Of a stretch of DNA of 64,000 nucleotides, positions 42,191 to 53,362 are shown one piece after another. The first letter of the stretch is position 1. The number at the start of each line of letters is the position of its first letter. The stretch comes from an uncultured delta proteobacterium (GTDB lineage: Bacteria; Desulfobacterota; Desulfuromonadia; Desulfuromonadales; BM103). The stretch covers positions 64,001 to 128,000 of the forward strand of contig CAVQRZ010000009.1 in NCBI GenBank assembly GCA_963715335.1, in the 5' to 3' direction. The notes under the pieces were generated by a model. It was not told the DNA's origin. It was given only the letters and a program-made list of their open reading frames with translations, and did not search any database. Both the position numbers and the translations under genes were made by a program.

Positions 42191-42273
42191 ACAAGCCCCT
42201 TTGCGTACGGTAGAAGTGACGGAATTATACTGACCCACGCCACTCCCCACCCTGATATCGAAAGGACGCGAAG

Positions 42274-43341
<1,068 letters not shown>

Positions 43342-43533
43342 GCCCTTTGCATAGATTAACTAGGGCACGTACCTGAGTTTTGGTACGTGCTTTTTTTTGC
43401 GCCATGAAAAACCTTGTCACGCAAAGACGCAAAGAGGTGACTCAAGACGCAAAGATAAAGTATCTTTGTTGGAAGCAGCTTCTTTAGCGCTTTTTTTCTT
43501 CGCGCCTTTGCGTCATCGCGTTAGCTTTTCAGC

Positions 43534-45051
43534 ATGGCTTCTATGACCGACCTGCTACAAATCCGGAATATCCGCAAGACCTTCCCCGGGGTTGTCGCCC
43601 TCGACGAGGTTTCCCTGTCGATCGCGCCGGGAGAGATCCACACCCTGCTTGGCGAGAACGGCGCCGGCAAGAGCACCCTGATGAACGTGCTCACCGGGCT
43701 TTATCGTCCGGAACGCGGCGAGATCTGCTTTGACGGCGAACCGGCGACCTTCAGCAGCCCCCGCGAGTCGCTTGCCATGGGCATCGGCATGGTCCATCAG
43801 CATTTCATGCTGGTGCCTGCCCACAGCGTGTTCGAAAACGTTCTGCTGGCCCTTGATGGCGTGCCCAACTTCTATGTCCGCCGCACCTACCGGCAGCAGG
43901 TCCAGCAAATCCTCGACAAGTTCAATCTCGATATCGACCTCGACACACCGGTCTGGAAACTGTCGATCGGCGCCCAGCAATGGATCGAGCTGATCAAACT
44001 GCTGCTGCGCGACTGCCGTCTGCTGATCCTCGACGAACCGACCGCGGTGTTGACCCCTCAGGAGAGCGCCCGCCTGTTCGCCGTGCTGACCCAATTGCGC
44101 GACCAGGGCAAGAGCATTCTCTTCATCTCGCACAAGATGCGCGAAGTGATGGAGATCTCCGACCGGGTCACCGTGTTGAAAAAAGGCCGCAGCCTGGTTA
44201 CCCTGGCGCGCGGCGAGTACGATGAAAACCGCCTCGCCTCGCTGATGATCGGCGAGGACCATATCCCCGGCTGGCAGAAGAGTTTCCGCACCAGCCCGGA
44301 GCTGGCCCTGGAGATCAAAAACCTCTCGGTGCGCAACGACCGCGGCCTGGCCGACCTCGACAATTTCACTATGAAGCTGCATCGCGGCCAGATCCTCGGT
44401 ATCGCCGGGGTTGCCGGCAACGGCCAGAAAGCGCTGGCCGAAGTGCTGACCGGGCTCAGGGAACCGACCGGGGGACGGATCCTGGCCGGCGACCGGGATA
44501 TCACCAACAGCTCGGCGCGCGGCTCCTACATTGCCGGCATCGCCCATATCCCGGAAGACCGCAAGACGATCGGCATCGCCCCGGACATGACGGTCGATGA
44601 CAACCTGATCATGAAGAATTTCAACTCGCGGGCTTTCCGCCGCTGGATCTTCCAGGATCGCGCCGCGATCCGCCGCAACGCGGCGGACAAGATCGAACAG
44701 TTCTCGATCAAGGCAGGCCCCGCCGGCAACCCGGTGCGCTACCTCTCCGGCGGCAATATCCAGAAGGTCATCATCGCCCGCGAACTTTCGGAGAATCCAG
44801 CGGTTCTGGTTGCCCTCTACCCGACCCGCGGCCTCGATATCGGCAGCGCCGAGTACGTCCACAAGGTGATCGTCGACGGCTCCGGCAACGGCATGAGCAC
44901 CATCCTGATCTCCGAAGATCTCGACGAGCTGCTCAAACTCTCCGACGAGATCGTGGTCATGTTCCGCGGTCGCCTGGCCGGCTCGGTCGACCCGCAGGCC
45001 ACCACCCGCGAGGAGATCGGCCTGCTAATGGGCGGCGAGGTGCAACGATGA
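43534..45051 (+). CDS. nucleoside ABC ATPase (CUT2, tandem domains)
   Basis: GENGAGKST, DEPTAVLTPQE, LSGGNIQK, PTRGLD. Confidence 0.92.
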   Translation: MASMTDLLQIRNIRKTFPGVVALDEVSLSIAPGEIHTLLGENGAGKSTLMNVLTGLYRPERGEICFDGEPATFSSPRESLAMGIGMVHQHFMLVPAHSVFENVLLALDGVPNFYVRRTYRQQVQQILDKFNLDIDLDTPVWKLSIGAQQWIELIKLLLRDCRLLILDEPTAVLTPQESARLFAVLTQLRDQGKSILFISHKMREVMEISDRVTVLKKGRSLVTLARGEYDENRLASLMIGEDHIPGWQKSFRTSPELALEIKNLSVRNDRGLADLDNFTMKLHRGQILGIAGVAGNGQKALAEVLTGLREPTGGRILAGDRDITNSSARGSYIAGIAHIPEDRKTIGIAPDMTVDDNLIMKNFNSRAFRRWIFQDRAAIRRNAADKIEQFSIKAGPAGNPVRYLSGGNIQKVIIARELSENPAVLVALYPTRGLDIGSAEYVHKVIVDGSGNGMSTILISEDLDELLKLSDEIVVMFRGRLAGSVDPQATTREEIGLLMGGEVQR

Positions 45052-46118
45052 AGCTGGTCACGGAAAAACGCGAGCTCTCATCCAGGCTGTTTCGCTGCAG
45101 CGCGCCGCTCGTCTCGATCCTGGTGGCGCTGTTCGTCGCCGGGTTCCTGCTGTTGGCCGCCGGCGTCAATCCGCTGCAGGCCTATCTCGAAATCGTCCAG
45201 GAGGCGCTCGGCTCAGTCTACGGCATCTCGGAAACCTTGGTCAAAACCACGCCGCTGATCTTTGCCAGCCTCGGCGTCTCGCTCGCCTTCCGCATGCAGA
45301 TCTGGAATATCGGTGCCGAGGGGCAGATCTACCTGGGCGCCTGCGGTGCCACAGCCGTGGCGCTCTTCTCGGGGCTGGAGAATCCAGCCGTGATGATCAC
45401 GGCGATGTTCTGCGCCGCCTTCTTAAGCGGTGGGCTGTGGGCCGGCGTCGCCGGGCTGCTGCGGGCCCGCTGGCAGGTCAACGAGGTCATTGTCACCCTG
45501 CTGATGAACTACATCGCCATCCTCGGCGTCGACTATCTGATTTACGGGCCCTGGAAGGACCCCAAGGGTTTCAACTTCCCCCTGACCGCCCAGTTCAGCG
45601 ATGCGGCGCGGCTCACCGAGTATTTCGATACCCGCCTGCACAGCGGCTTCCTCCTCGCCCTGTTTTGCGCCCTGGTCCTTTACCTGTTCATGGAGCGTAC
45701 GATCTGGGGCTACGAGATCAAGGTGATCGGCAGCAACCCGAAGGCCGCCAAGTATGCCGGGATGAACACCGGGCTGGCGATCTTCTGCGTGCTCTTCTTA
45801 AGCGGCGCGATCGCCGGGATCGCCGGGTTCGGCGAGGTGGCCGGCCTGCAGCATCGCCTGCAGCACGGCATTTCCCCCGGCTACGGCTACACGGCGATCA
45901 TCATCGCCTGGCTGGCCAGGCGCAGCGCCCTGGGAGTGGTGATCGTCTCTTTCCTGATGGGCGTGCTGCTGGTCGGCGGCGACAGCCTGCAGCTGACCTG
46001 GCAGCTGCCGGTCGCGTTCGTATATGCCTTCCAGGGGCTGATCCTGTTCTTCCTGCTGGCCTCGGACTTCTTTATCCACAACCGACTGAAGCTGGTCCGG
46101 GGAGAGCGCCATGCTTGA
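45048..46118 (+). CDS. nucleoside ABC permease
   Basis: WNIGAEGQ, NEVIVTLLMNY, GYGYTAI. Confidence 0.9.
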   Translation: MKLVTEKRELSSRLFRCSAPLVSILVALFVAGFLLLAAGVNPLQAYLEIVQEALGSVYGISETLVKTTPLIFASLGVSLAFRMQIWNIGAEGQIYLGACGATAVALFSGLENPAVMITAMFCAAFLSGGLWAGVAGLLRARWQVNEVIVTLLMNYIAILGVDYLIYGPWKDPKGFNFPLTAQFSDAARLTEYFDTRLHSGFLLALFCALVLYLFMERTIWGYEIKVIGSNPKAAKYAGMNTGLAIFCVLFLSGAIAGIAGFGEVAGLQHRLQHGISPGYGYTAIIIAWLARRSALGVVIVSFLMGVLLVGGDSLQLTWQLPVAFVYAFQGLILFFLLASDFFIHNRLKLVRGERHA

Positions 46119-47031
46119 GATCCTGCTCGACGCAACGGTCCGCTCCGGCACGCCGATCCTGTTTGCCACCCTCGGTGCGATCATCAACGAGCGCGCCGGG
46201 ATCATCAACCTCGGCATCGAGGGGCTGATGCTGATCGGCGCCCTGGCCGGGTTTGCCGGCACCCAGGCGAGCGGTTCGCTGCTGGTCGGCGTGCTCGCCG
46301 CATTCGTCGCCGCGATGCTGGCAGGGAGCATACATGCCTTCATCACCGTGCCGTTGCGCGGCAACCAGATCGTCAGCGGCCTGGCCTTGACCATGTTCGG
46401 CGTCGGCATCACCGCCCTGTTCGGCCGCAGCATGGTCGGTCTGACCATCGCCGGCTTCGAACGGGTCGCGATACCCGGCTTGAGCCGGCTGCCGGTGATC
46501 GGCAAGCCGTTTTTCAACCAGGATATGCTGATCTATTTCAGCTTCCTGCTGGTGGTTGCGATCGCCTTCTTCTTTTACCGGACCCGCTGGGGGCTGGCCC
46601 TGCGCACGGTCGGCGAGAACCCGGCGGCAGCGGATACCTGCGGCGTACCGGTGCTGCTGACCCGCTTCCTGGCGGTGACGGTCGGCTCCGGGATTGTCGG
46701 CATCGGCGGGGCCTACCTGAGCCTGGCGACGACCCCGATGTGGATCGAAAACATGTCGGCCGGGCGCGGCTGGATCGCCGTGGCGCTGGTCATCTTCGCC
46801 TCCTGGTCGAGCTACCGGGCGCTGGCCGGCGCCTACCTGTTCGGCGGCATCACCGCCATGCAGCTGCGTTTCCAGGCGATGGGCACCACGGTCAGCGCCC
46901 ATATTCTGCAGATGCTCCCCTACTTTTTCACTATCCTGGTCCTGGTGATCTCGACCATCCGGCTGCAAAAAGGCGCGTCGCAGCAACCGGAGAACCTTGG
47001 CCAGCCCTATGATCGAGAGGATCGCAAATGA
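46111..47031 (+). CDS. nucleoside ABC permease
   Basis: ERAGIINLGIEG, GENPAAAD, AGRGWIAVA, MLPY. Confidence 0.9.
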   Translation: MLEILLDATVRSGTPILFATLGAIINERAGIINLGIEGLMLIGALAGFAGTQASGSLLVGVLAAFVAAMLAGSIHAFITVPLRGNQIVSGLALTMFGVGITALFGRSMVGLTIAGFERVAIPGLSRLPVIGKPFFNQDMLIYFSFLLVVAIAFFFYRTRWGLALRTVGENPAAADTCGVPVLLTRFLAVTVGSGIVGIGGAYLSLATTPMWIENMSAGRGWIAVALVIFASWSSYRALAGAYLFGGITAMQLRFQAMGTTVSAHILQMLPYFFTILVLVISTIRLQKGASQQPENLGQPYDREDRK

Positions 47032-47558
47032 ACCCGGTCGCCCAGGAGCTCTATCAACGCGTCAGGCGCGAGGGCGCAATCGACGGCCAGGTGATCAAGG
47101 TCGATCGTTTTCTCAATCACATGGTCGACCCGCTCCTGATGAATCGCCTCGGCGCCGAGCTCTACAGCCGGTTTGCCAAACGCAAAATCGACAAGGTCAT
47201 TACCGCAGAGAGCAGCGGCATCATGATCGCCCAGGCGATCGCCGGGCACTTCGGTGTGCCTTTCATCTATGCCAAGAAGAAGCGCCCCCTGACCATGCAG
47301 GAATTCTACGCCGCGGCGAGCTACTCCTTTACCAAGCAGGAATCGACGACCCTGTACGTTTCACGGGAGGTGCTCCAGCCGCGCGAGCGCCTGCTGTTTG
47401 CCGACGACTTCTTCGCCGCCGGCTCGACCTGCAAGGCGATCGAACAGATCATCGAGCAGGCTGGCGCGACTCTGGTCGGTACGGCGGTGATTATCAACAA
47501 GTCGGACCGTCGGGATATAGAGTCGATTTTAACTATGGCTGATTTTGCCAGCGGGTAA
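47028..47558 (+). CDS. xpt: xanthine phosphoribosyltransferase-like
   Basis: IKVDRFLNH, TAESSGI, YSFTK, ADDFFAAG PRPP motif; follows nucleoside ABC genes. Confidence 0.8.
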   Translation: MNPVAQELYQRVRREGAIDGQVIKVDRFLNHMVDPLLMNRLGAELYSRFAKRKIDKVITAESSGIMIAQAIAGHFGVPFIYAKKKRPLTMQEFYAAASYSFTKQESTTLYVSREVLQPRERLLFADDFFAAGSTCKAIEQIIEQAGATLVGTAVIINKSDRRDIESILTMADFASG

Positions 47559-47694
47559 ATTCTTCAACGCAAAAGCGCAAAGGAACACCCTCAAATATCC
47601 ATGCTTTCTTTGCGTCTTGATGCATCCCTTTGCGCCTTTGCGTTAAATATATTTCGTTTCACATTTAACCTTTCACCCCCGAACGGAACAGTCC

Positions 47695-48144
47695 ATGTCG
47701 ACCGCAACCCTGTTTATCCTGATGGCCCTGGTCGCCGGCATTTCGGTGCCGACCCAGGCAGGTATTAACGCCCAACTCGGGCTCTGGACCAAGTCACCGG
47801 TCCTGGCCGCGACCATCTCCTTTGCCGTCGGCACCCTGACCCTGGTCGCCTATACCCTGATCGCCCGCATCCCCCTGCCGGCGCTCGCCGGGATCGGCGG
47901 ACACCCCTGGTGGATCTGGATCGGCGGCGCGCTCGGCGCTTTTTTCGTCACCGCGACGATCATCCTGGTCCCCAAGCTCGGTGCGACGACCATGGTGACG
48001 ACGGTTTTGGCCGGACAGATGTTCGCCTCGCTGCTGCTCGACCACTTCGGGGCCCTCGGTTACCCGTTGCACCCGGTCAGCCTCGGTCGGGTTGCCGGCG
48101 TGCTGCTGGTGTGCGTCGGGGTCTGGTTGATCAAGGCCTTCTGA
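47695..48144 (+). CDS. DMT family transporter (DUF606/YdcZ-like)
   Basis: QAGINAQL, PWWIWIGGALGA, GQMFASLLLDHFG. Confidence 0.88.
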   Translation: MSTATLFILMALVAGISVPTQAGINAQLGLWTKSPVLAATISFAVGTLTLVAYTLIARIPLPALAGIGGHPWWIWIGGALGAFFVTATIILVPKLGATTMVTTVLAGQMFASLLLDHFGALGYPLHPVSLGRVAGVLLVCVGVWLIKAF

Positions 48145-48223
48145 TAACGCCCCTTCTAAAAGGGGCCCCGTACCAATCGCTGGAATTTGCGTTATAGTTG
48201 TTCGACCAAGGCTTAAGGAGGTC

Positions 48224-48697
48224 ATGATGAAACGATTGATTCGGGCAGGGACTGTCGCCGCGGCAAGCCTGCTGGCAGCCAACGCGGCGGCGCTGGAAGT
48301 CGGCACCCCGGCTCCCGACTTTACCGCAACGTCCACGCAGGGCGAGATTGTCCTCAGCCAGAGGGTGCTCAAGGGCCCGGTCGTCCTGGCCTATTATCCC
48401 GCTGATTTCACCCCTGGCTGAACCAGTGAAATGAAGGCTTTTCAGAACGACATCGCCCGTTTTGAAAAGCTCAACGTCCAGGTCCTGGGCGTCAGCGGCG
48501 ATTCACTGGAAACCCATCAGGCGTTTGCCGAAGAACTTGGGCTGAGCTTTCCGCTGCTGGTCGACGACGGTAGCATCCGCAAGCACTATGGCAGCGGCCG
48601 GATCACCCACCTGATCGACCGGCACGGCATCGTTCGCTATGTCCACAAGGGGATGCCGGACAACGAAAAGCTGCTGCAGGAAATCGGCAACTTGTAA
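48224..48697 (+). CDS. exported BCP/AhpC-type peroxiredoxin, probable selenoprotein (in-frame TGA at peroxidatic site)
   Basis: YYPADFTPG-TGA-TSEMKAF: both ORFs in one frame; TGA sits at the C of the PxxxTxxC motif; hairpin follows. Confidence 0.88.
48437..48470 (+). promoter_or_regulatory. candidate bacterial SECIS hairpin
   Basis: GCTTTTCAGAACG-acatcgcc-CGTTTTGAAAAGC 13-bp stem starting 16 nt after the TGA. Confidence 0.65.
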
Positions 48698-48742
48698 ACC
48701 CGCTGGTTGAATCCGGCGACACAGGACGAATCGGTTGCCGAA

Positions 48743-49576
48743 TTATTTGTGCCGTGATTCGTAGCCGAGTATGGCCTTTTTACGCGCCGTGCCCCACCGG
48801 TAGCCACCAACGGCACCGTTTGACCTGAGCACCCTGTGACAGGGGATCAGGTAAGCGATCGGGTTGCGACCAACCGCGGTGCCGACCGCCCGGCCGGCGC
48901 CGGGGCGACCGACCGCTTCGGCAAGCGCCCCGTAGGAGACCGCAACGCCTTCCGGGATCTTCAATAGCGCCTCCCAGACCTTGACCTGGAAATTGGTCCC
49001 CTTGAGCAGGACCCTGATCGGCGGCTGGCCGGCGCAGGCGGCCGGCGAAAAGGCCTGCCTGATTGCCAGCCTGCCTGCCTCGCAATGTTCGGCGAGGGAG
49101 GCTTCAGGCCAGTTCCGCCGCAACTCCGCCAGGGCCTGGGTCCGGTTGGCCCCAGCGACAAAACCGAGATGACAGATGCCGCGGCGCGATTCTGCAACCA
49201 GGCAGGTGCCGAACGGTGTGTCATGAAAGGCGTAGCCGAGCTCGAGGTTGACGCCGGCGCTTTTGAATTCGCCCGGGGTGACGGCATCGACGCTGACAAA
49301 CAGATCGTGCAAGCGTCCCGGGCCGCTCAGACCGACCTCATACGAAGCGTCCAGGACCGAGGCCGAGTCCCGCAGCAGCTGCCTGGCGTGCTCGACGGTG
49401 AGGTATTGCAGAAAGCGTTTCGGGCTGACTCCGGCCCAGCGCTTGAACAGGCGCTGGAAGTGGCAAGGACTCAGGCCCACATAATCGGCCACAGCGTCGA
49501 GCGACGGCTGCTCAACCGCATGTTTTTCGAGAAAGCGGATCGCCTCTTCAATACGTTGATAGTCTGGGTGATTCAC
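48743..49576 (-). CDS. AraC-HTH + methylated-DNA-protein-cysteine methyltransferase (Ada/Ogt-like)
   Basis: HFQRLFKRWAGVSPK, GTNFQVKVW, IPCHRV active site; GTG start after GGAG. Confidence 0.9.
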   Translation of the reverse strand: MNHPDYQRIEEAIRFLEKHAVEQPSLDAVADYVGLSPCHFQRLFKRWAGVSPKRFLQYLTVEHARQLLRDSASVLDASYEVGLSGPGRLHDLFVSVDAVTPGEFKSAGVNLELGYAFHDTPFGTCLVAESRRGICHLGFVAGANRTQALAELRRNWPEASLAEHCEAGRLAIRQAFSPAACAGQPPIRVLLKGTNFQVKVWEALLKIPEGVAVSYGALAEAVGRPGAGRAVGTAVGRNPIAYLIPCHRVLRSNGAVGGYRWGTARKKAILGYESRHK

Positions 49577-49904
49577 AACTGCGACTCCATCATCATCTGT
49601 CCTGCACACTGTTACGCCAAAAGATATCACCCCTCGAACTACGCGCCCACCCGTTTCTTGCGCCAGGAGCCTTGAACGCGTGGGCATTGTTGTGTCAGAA
49701 CAGCTGACAACAGCGTGTCTCGATAGCGCATAATCGGTTCGGCACGGCAGGACCGGCAAACCACCATCCCTTTTTAAAATGCATGATTTCAGACACTTAA
49801 CTTCGCATAGCGGGCGGCAAAGAGTTTCTGGTACGTACTTTGCGACAGATCTTCTTTGCCAGCTCGGGCTAGGCGTAAAATCATGGCTTAACGGTGAACC
49901 CATC

Positions 49905-50333
49905 ATGCATAACTATAAAATTGCAACAGACCACAAACTGGTCTTTGTGCAGATGAATGGCGAATTCTCGGTCCGGGATCTCGTCAATATCATGACCGAA
50001 GTGTCAAGGGACACGGATTATGATCCGTCTTTCCACTCGATTGTTGACCTACAGAATTCGGCAACCATCATCCCCGCGCTGGAATCCCAGCGCGTCATTG
50101 AAGCCGCGACGCTGATTATTGGCCAGGCCCCTGCCAAAAGTGCCGTCGTCACCAGCAGCATATTCCGGAAAAACATTGTCGACATGGCCGGTTGGTTGAG
50201 TAAAAGCAAGAATATCGAAATCAGGGGCTTTACGAACCTGACAGAGGCCTGCGCCTGGCTGCAGGTTGATGACAAAATACTGCCCTTCCCCTGCAAAGGA
50301 TTCCGCGTCGCAACGACAGGATGCGACGGCTGA
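49905..50333 (+). CDS. hypothetical protein (SpoIIAA/STAS-like)
   Basis: SIVDL..KSAVV..IRGFTNLTEACAWL pattern. Confidence 0.55.
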   Translation: MHNYKIATDHKLVFVQMNGEFSVRDLVNIMTEVSRDTDYDPSFHSIVDLQNSATIIPALESQRVIEAATLIIGQAPAKSAVVTSSIFRKNIVDMAGWLSKSKNIEIRGFTNLTEACAWLQVDDKILPFPCKGFRVATTGCDG

Positions 50334-50454
50334 AAAGCCCTTGCCTGCCGGCAAAAGTGGCAGCAGAAGCCTTTTCCATGTAAACTGCTGGTATCTTGCC
50401 GCCATGGCCATGCGTTATGCTGGCGATCATATCAATGCTTGACAAAGGTTCCGC

Positions 50455-51162
50455 ATGCTCCCGCCCAAACCGATCAACCCGATCCTGATCGTCGAGGACG
50501 ATCGCAACACCGCGGCCCTGATTGCGACCTATCTCGAACGGGAGGGTTTCGCGACGCAGACTGTGCATGACGGCGCCGAAGCACTGGCCCTCGCCGGCAG
50601 GCAGGCGCCCGGGTTCGTGATCCTCGACATCATGCTGCCTGGCGTTGACGGCTGGGAGATCTGCCGCGAACTGCGCAAGCTCTCCGATGTGCCGATCCTT
50701 ATGCTGACTGCCCGCGAGGAGGAGATCGACCGGGTGCTGGGCCTCTCCCTCGGCGCCGACGATTACGTCGTCAAGCCCTTCAGCCCGCGTGAACTGGTGG
50801 AACGGGTCAAGGCGATCCTGCGGCGAACCTCGCGGCGCGCCGAACCGGTCTGTGAACTCAGGCACGCCGAGCTGGTCCTCGATATCGACAAACGCCGGGT
50901 GACCCTCGACGGACAACCGGTCGAGCTGACGGCGGTGGAGTACAAACTGCTGCAAGCGCTGATGAGCGCGCCGGGCAAGGCCCTGTCCCGTGATGACCTG
51001 CTCAACCACATTTACCAGCGCGGCGAGGCGGTTGTTGACCGGGTGGTTGACGTACACATCGGGCATTTGCGGCAGAAGCTTGCCGACGATGCCGCGGAGC
51101 CCCGCTTTATCGAAACCGTGCGCGGCTTCGGCTACCGCTTCGCCGATCGGCAACAGCCATGA
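50455..51162 (+). CDS. OmpR-family response regulator
   Basis: ILIVEDD, LDIMLP, GADDYVVKPF, ETVRGFGYRF. Confidence 0.95.
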   Translation: MLPPKPINPILIVEDDRNTAALIATYLEREGFATQTVHDGAEALALAGRQAPGFVILDIMLPGVDGWEICRELRKLSDVPILMLTAREEEIDRVLGLSLGADDYVVKPFSPRELVERVKAILRRTSRRAEPVCELRHAELVLDIDKRRVTLDGQPVELTAVEYKLLQALMSAPGKALSRDDLLNHIYQRGEAVVDRVVDVHIGHLRQKLADDAAEPRFIETVRGFGYRFADRQQP

Positions 51163-52226
51163 AGCTTCGCCTGCACTGGAAGCTGATGCTGGTGACCACG
51201 ATACCGGTGATTGCGGTGATCACCGGCATTATCTGGCTGGCCTTCGATCAGCTGGCCGCAGACTACTTCATGGTGCTGATGGACAAGTACATGGTCTCGC
51301 CCACTGACACGCACCGGGCCTTTTTGACCGCCGTCCACCGTTACCTGCTCTGGGCAAGCCTGGTCGCTCTCTGCCTGGCCTTCCTGCTCAGCTACCTGTT
51401 GACCCGACGCGTACTGCGCCCCCTGGTGCAGATCAGCGAAGCCAGTCGGCAGATTGCCGCCGGCAACTTCTCAAACCGTGTCGAAGCTGTCTCGGGCGAT
51501 GAGATCGGTGACCTCGGCCAGGCCTTCAACCGCATGAGCGACAGCCTGGAACGCCTTGAACAGCTGCGCAAATCGATGGTCTCCGACGTTGCCCACGAAT
51601 TGCGCACCCCGCTCACCAATTTGCGCGGCTACCTGGAAGGCTTGAGCGACGGCGTCATCCCGCCGGACAAGGCGACTTTCGAGATGCTGCAGCAGGAGAA
51701 CCTGCGTCTGGTCAACCTGGTCGAGGACCTTGGTCAGCTGGCGCGGGCCGATGCCGCCCGGGCCTTTCTTGATCGCCGGCCGGTCGATCTGAACGGCTGC
51801 ATCAGTGAAATGCTGAACCTCTACCGGATGAGCCTCGACGAGAAGCAGATCCGGCTCACGACCCGCTTCACCGGCGAGGTGTCCACCGTTCCTGCCGACC
51901 GCGACAAGCTTTTGCAGGCGGTGCGCAACCTGATTGACAATAGCCTGAAGTACACTCCGGCAGGCGGTACGGTGTCGATTACCAGCGCCCGCACCCCGGG
52001 CGGCATGCGCGTCGACTTTGTGAACGACGGTCCGGGCATCCCGGCCGCCGAACTCCCTTATGTTTTCGAAAGATTTTTCCGCGCCGAATACTCACGTTCG
52101 AGAGATGCCGGCGGCGCCGGGATCGGTCTGGCCATCGTCAAGCAGCTGATCGAAGCCCACGGCGGCCAGGTCGGCGCCGCAAGCGTTGCCGGCGAAACCC
52201 GCATCTGGTTCGAGCTCCCCGCCTGA
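51159..52226 (+). CDS. HAMP sensor histidine kinase (BaeS-like)
   Basis: Two TMs with a short Met-rich loop, HAMP, AHELRTPL, NSLKYT, GAGIGLAI. Confidence 0.93.
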   Translation: MKLRLHWKLMLVTTIPVIAVITGIIWLAFDQLAADYFMVLMDKYMVSPTDTHRAFLTAVHRYLLWASLVALCLAFLLSYLLTRRVLRPLVQISEASRQIAAGNFSNRVEAVSGDEIGDLGQAFNRMSDSLERLEQLRKSMVSDVAHELRTPLTNLRGYLEGLSDGVIPPDKATFEMLQQENLRLVNLVEDLGQLARADAARAFLDRRPVDLNGCISEMLNLYRMSLDEKQIRLTTRFTGEVSTVPADRDKLLQAVRNLIDNSLKYTPAGGTVSITSARTPGGMRVDFVNDGPGIPAAELPYVFERFFRAEYSRSRDAGGAGIGLAIVKQLIEAHGGQVGAASVAGETRIWFELPA

Positions 52227-52271
52227 CCCCCCTTCCCCCTTTCCCTTCACCCCTTCCCTGGGGTTAAAAAA

Positions 52272-52326
52272 CTTTACCGAATCTTTACCGACCCTTGCTC
52301 ATCTGTTTACAGCCGTTTGTTAGCCT
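52272..52326 (+). promoter_or_regulatory. four CTTTAC-like repeats at 11-bp period plus -10 (TAGCCT)
   Basis: CTTTAC 52272, CTTTAC 52283, CTTGCT 52294, GTTTAC 52305, TAGCCT 52321. Confidence 0.7.
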
Positions 52327-52363
52327 CTGTCACAAGCAAGCCCCAAGTGAAAGGACCAAGGCC

Positions 52364-52690
52364 ATGCAAACCTCAATACTTGTTACAGCAACTCTTCTGA
52401 CCATTCTGCTGGTCGCATTCAGCGCTGCCGCAGAGCTCCCCCCGGGGATGGCGAAGGCCACCTTCGTCGTCCACTGTTATGACGTCGGCGCCCATGCCCT
52501 TGATGGCAAACCCGGGGTCATCTCTGTCGAGCGCGGCTGGAGCGGCTCGCGCGAAGTCGACCGGGTGGTATATAATCCTAAAGAAGTATCGATCGTACAA
52601 CTCGAAGACTGGCTCAGGGCTGCGGACACCTACGTCAGCACCCTGGAGCAGACGATGAGCACCGAATCCGCAAAGGAGATCTCACAATGA
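52364..52690 (+). CDS. exported single-Cys protein resembling a minimal MsrA/HMA fold
   Basis: Signal peptide; KATFVVHCYDVG..GVISVERGW..EVDRVVYNPKEVS parallels the MsrA N-terminus; ATGA-coupled to msrB. Confidence 0.65.
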   Translation: MQTSILVTATLLTILLVAFSAAAELPPGMAKATFVVHCYDVGAHALDGKPGVISVERGWSGSREVDRVVYNPKEVSIVQLEDWLRAADTYVSTLEQTMSTESAKEISQ

Positions 52691-53256
52691 AAAGACGCGA
52701 TTTTCTGAAGAGCACGGCTGTTGTGGCCGCCGGCACCTCGGCCTCCCTGGCCACGCTCAACTTGATCGATGCCCGGCTGATGTCGTTTTTTTCCCCGAAC
52801 GCCGCCAACGCGGCAGAGCAGATCAAGGTCTATGCCGTCTCAGAGGGGCAATACATCATGACCGGGAAAGTTGCAAAGAGTGCCGCTGAATGGCGCACAC
52901 TGCTGACGCCGGAACAGTTCCATATCCTGCGAGAAAAAGGCACTGAGCCCGCGTTTACCGGCATCTACGATAAACATTACCAAGCGGGTGTTTACCAATG
53001 TGCCGGTTGCCGCCTCGACCTGTACGCCTCCAAGGACAAGTTCGATTCCAGGACCGGCTGGCCGAGCTTTACCGCCCCGGTCGCCGCAGAGAACATCGCC
53101 ACGGAAGACGACTTCAGCTTCTTCAGCCATCGCACCGAGCTGCTCTGTGCCCGTTGTGATGGACACCTTGGACACGTCTTTGACGATGGCCCTCAGCCTA
53201 CCGGTCTGCGGCACTGTATCAACTCGGCCTCGCTCAGCTTTGTTGCCAGCAAGTAA
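52687..53256 (+). CDS. msrB: Tat-exported Zn-type MsrB
   Basis: KRRDFLK twin-arginine, CAGC/CARC, GWPSF, HLGHVFDDGP, RHCINS. Confidence 0.93.
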   Translation: MKRRDFLKSTAVVAAGTSASLATLNLIDARLMSFFSPNAANAAEQIKVYAVSEGQYIMTGKVAKSAAEWRTLLTPEQFHILREKGTEPAFTGIYDKHYQAGVYQCAGCRLDLYASKDKFDSRTGWPSFTAPVAAENIATEDDFSFFSHRTELLCARCDGHLGHVFDDGPQPTGLRHCINSASLSFVASK

Positions 53257-53362
53257 GGCAGAGAGGTCTTGAAACCCTTGCCAAGCGTGACTTGTCTGCC
53301 TGGTCATAGTTGCCGGTTTCGCAGTTGCTGCTAAGCTGGACAGGAAGGGAGAGAGGAAAGCT

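Noticed and set aside
53288..53290. In-frame TGA upstream of msrA as a second Sec codon
   Set aside because: Not at a catalytic position, and another stop lies at 53270 with no start between; a frameshift explains it better
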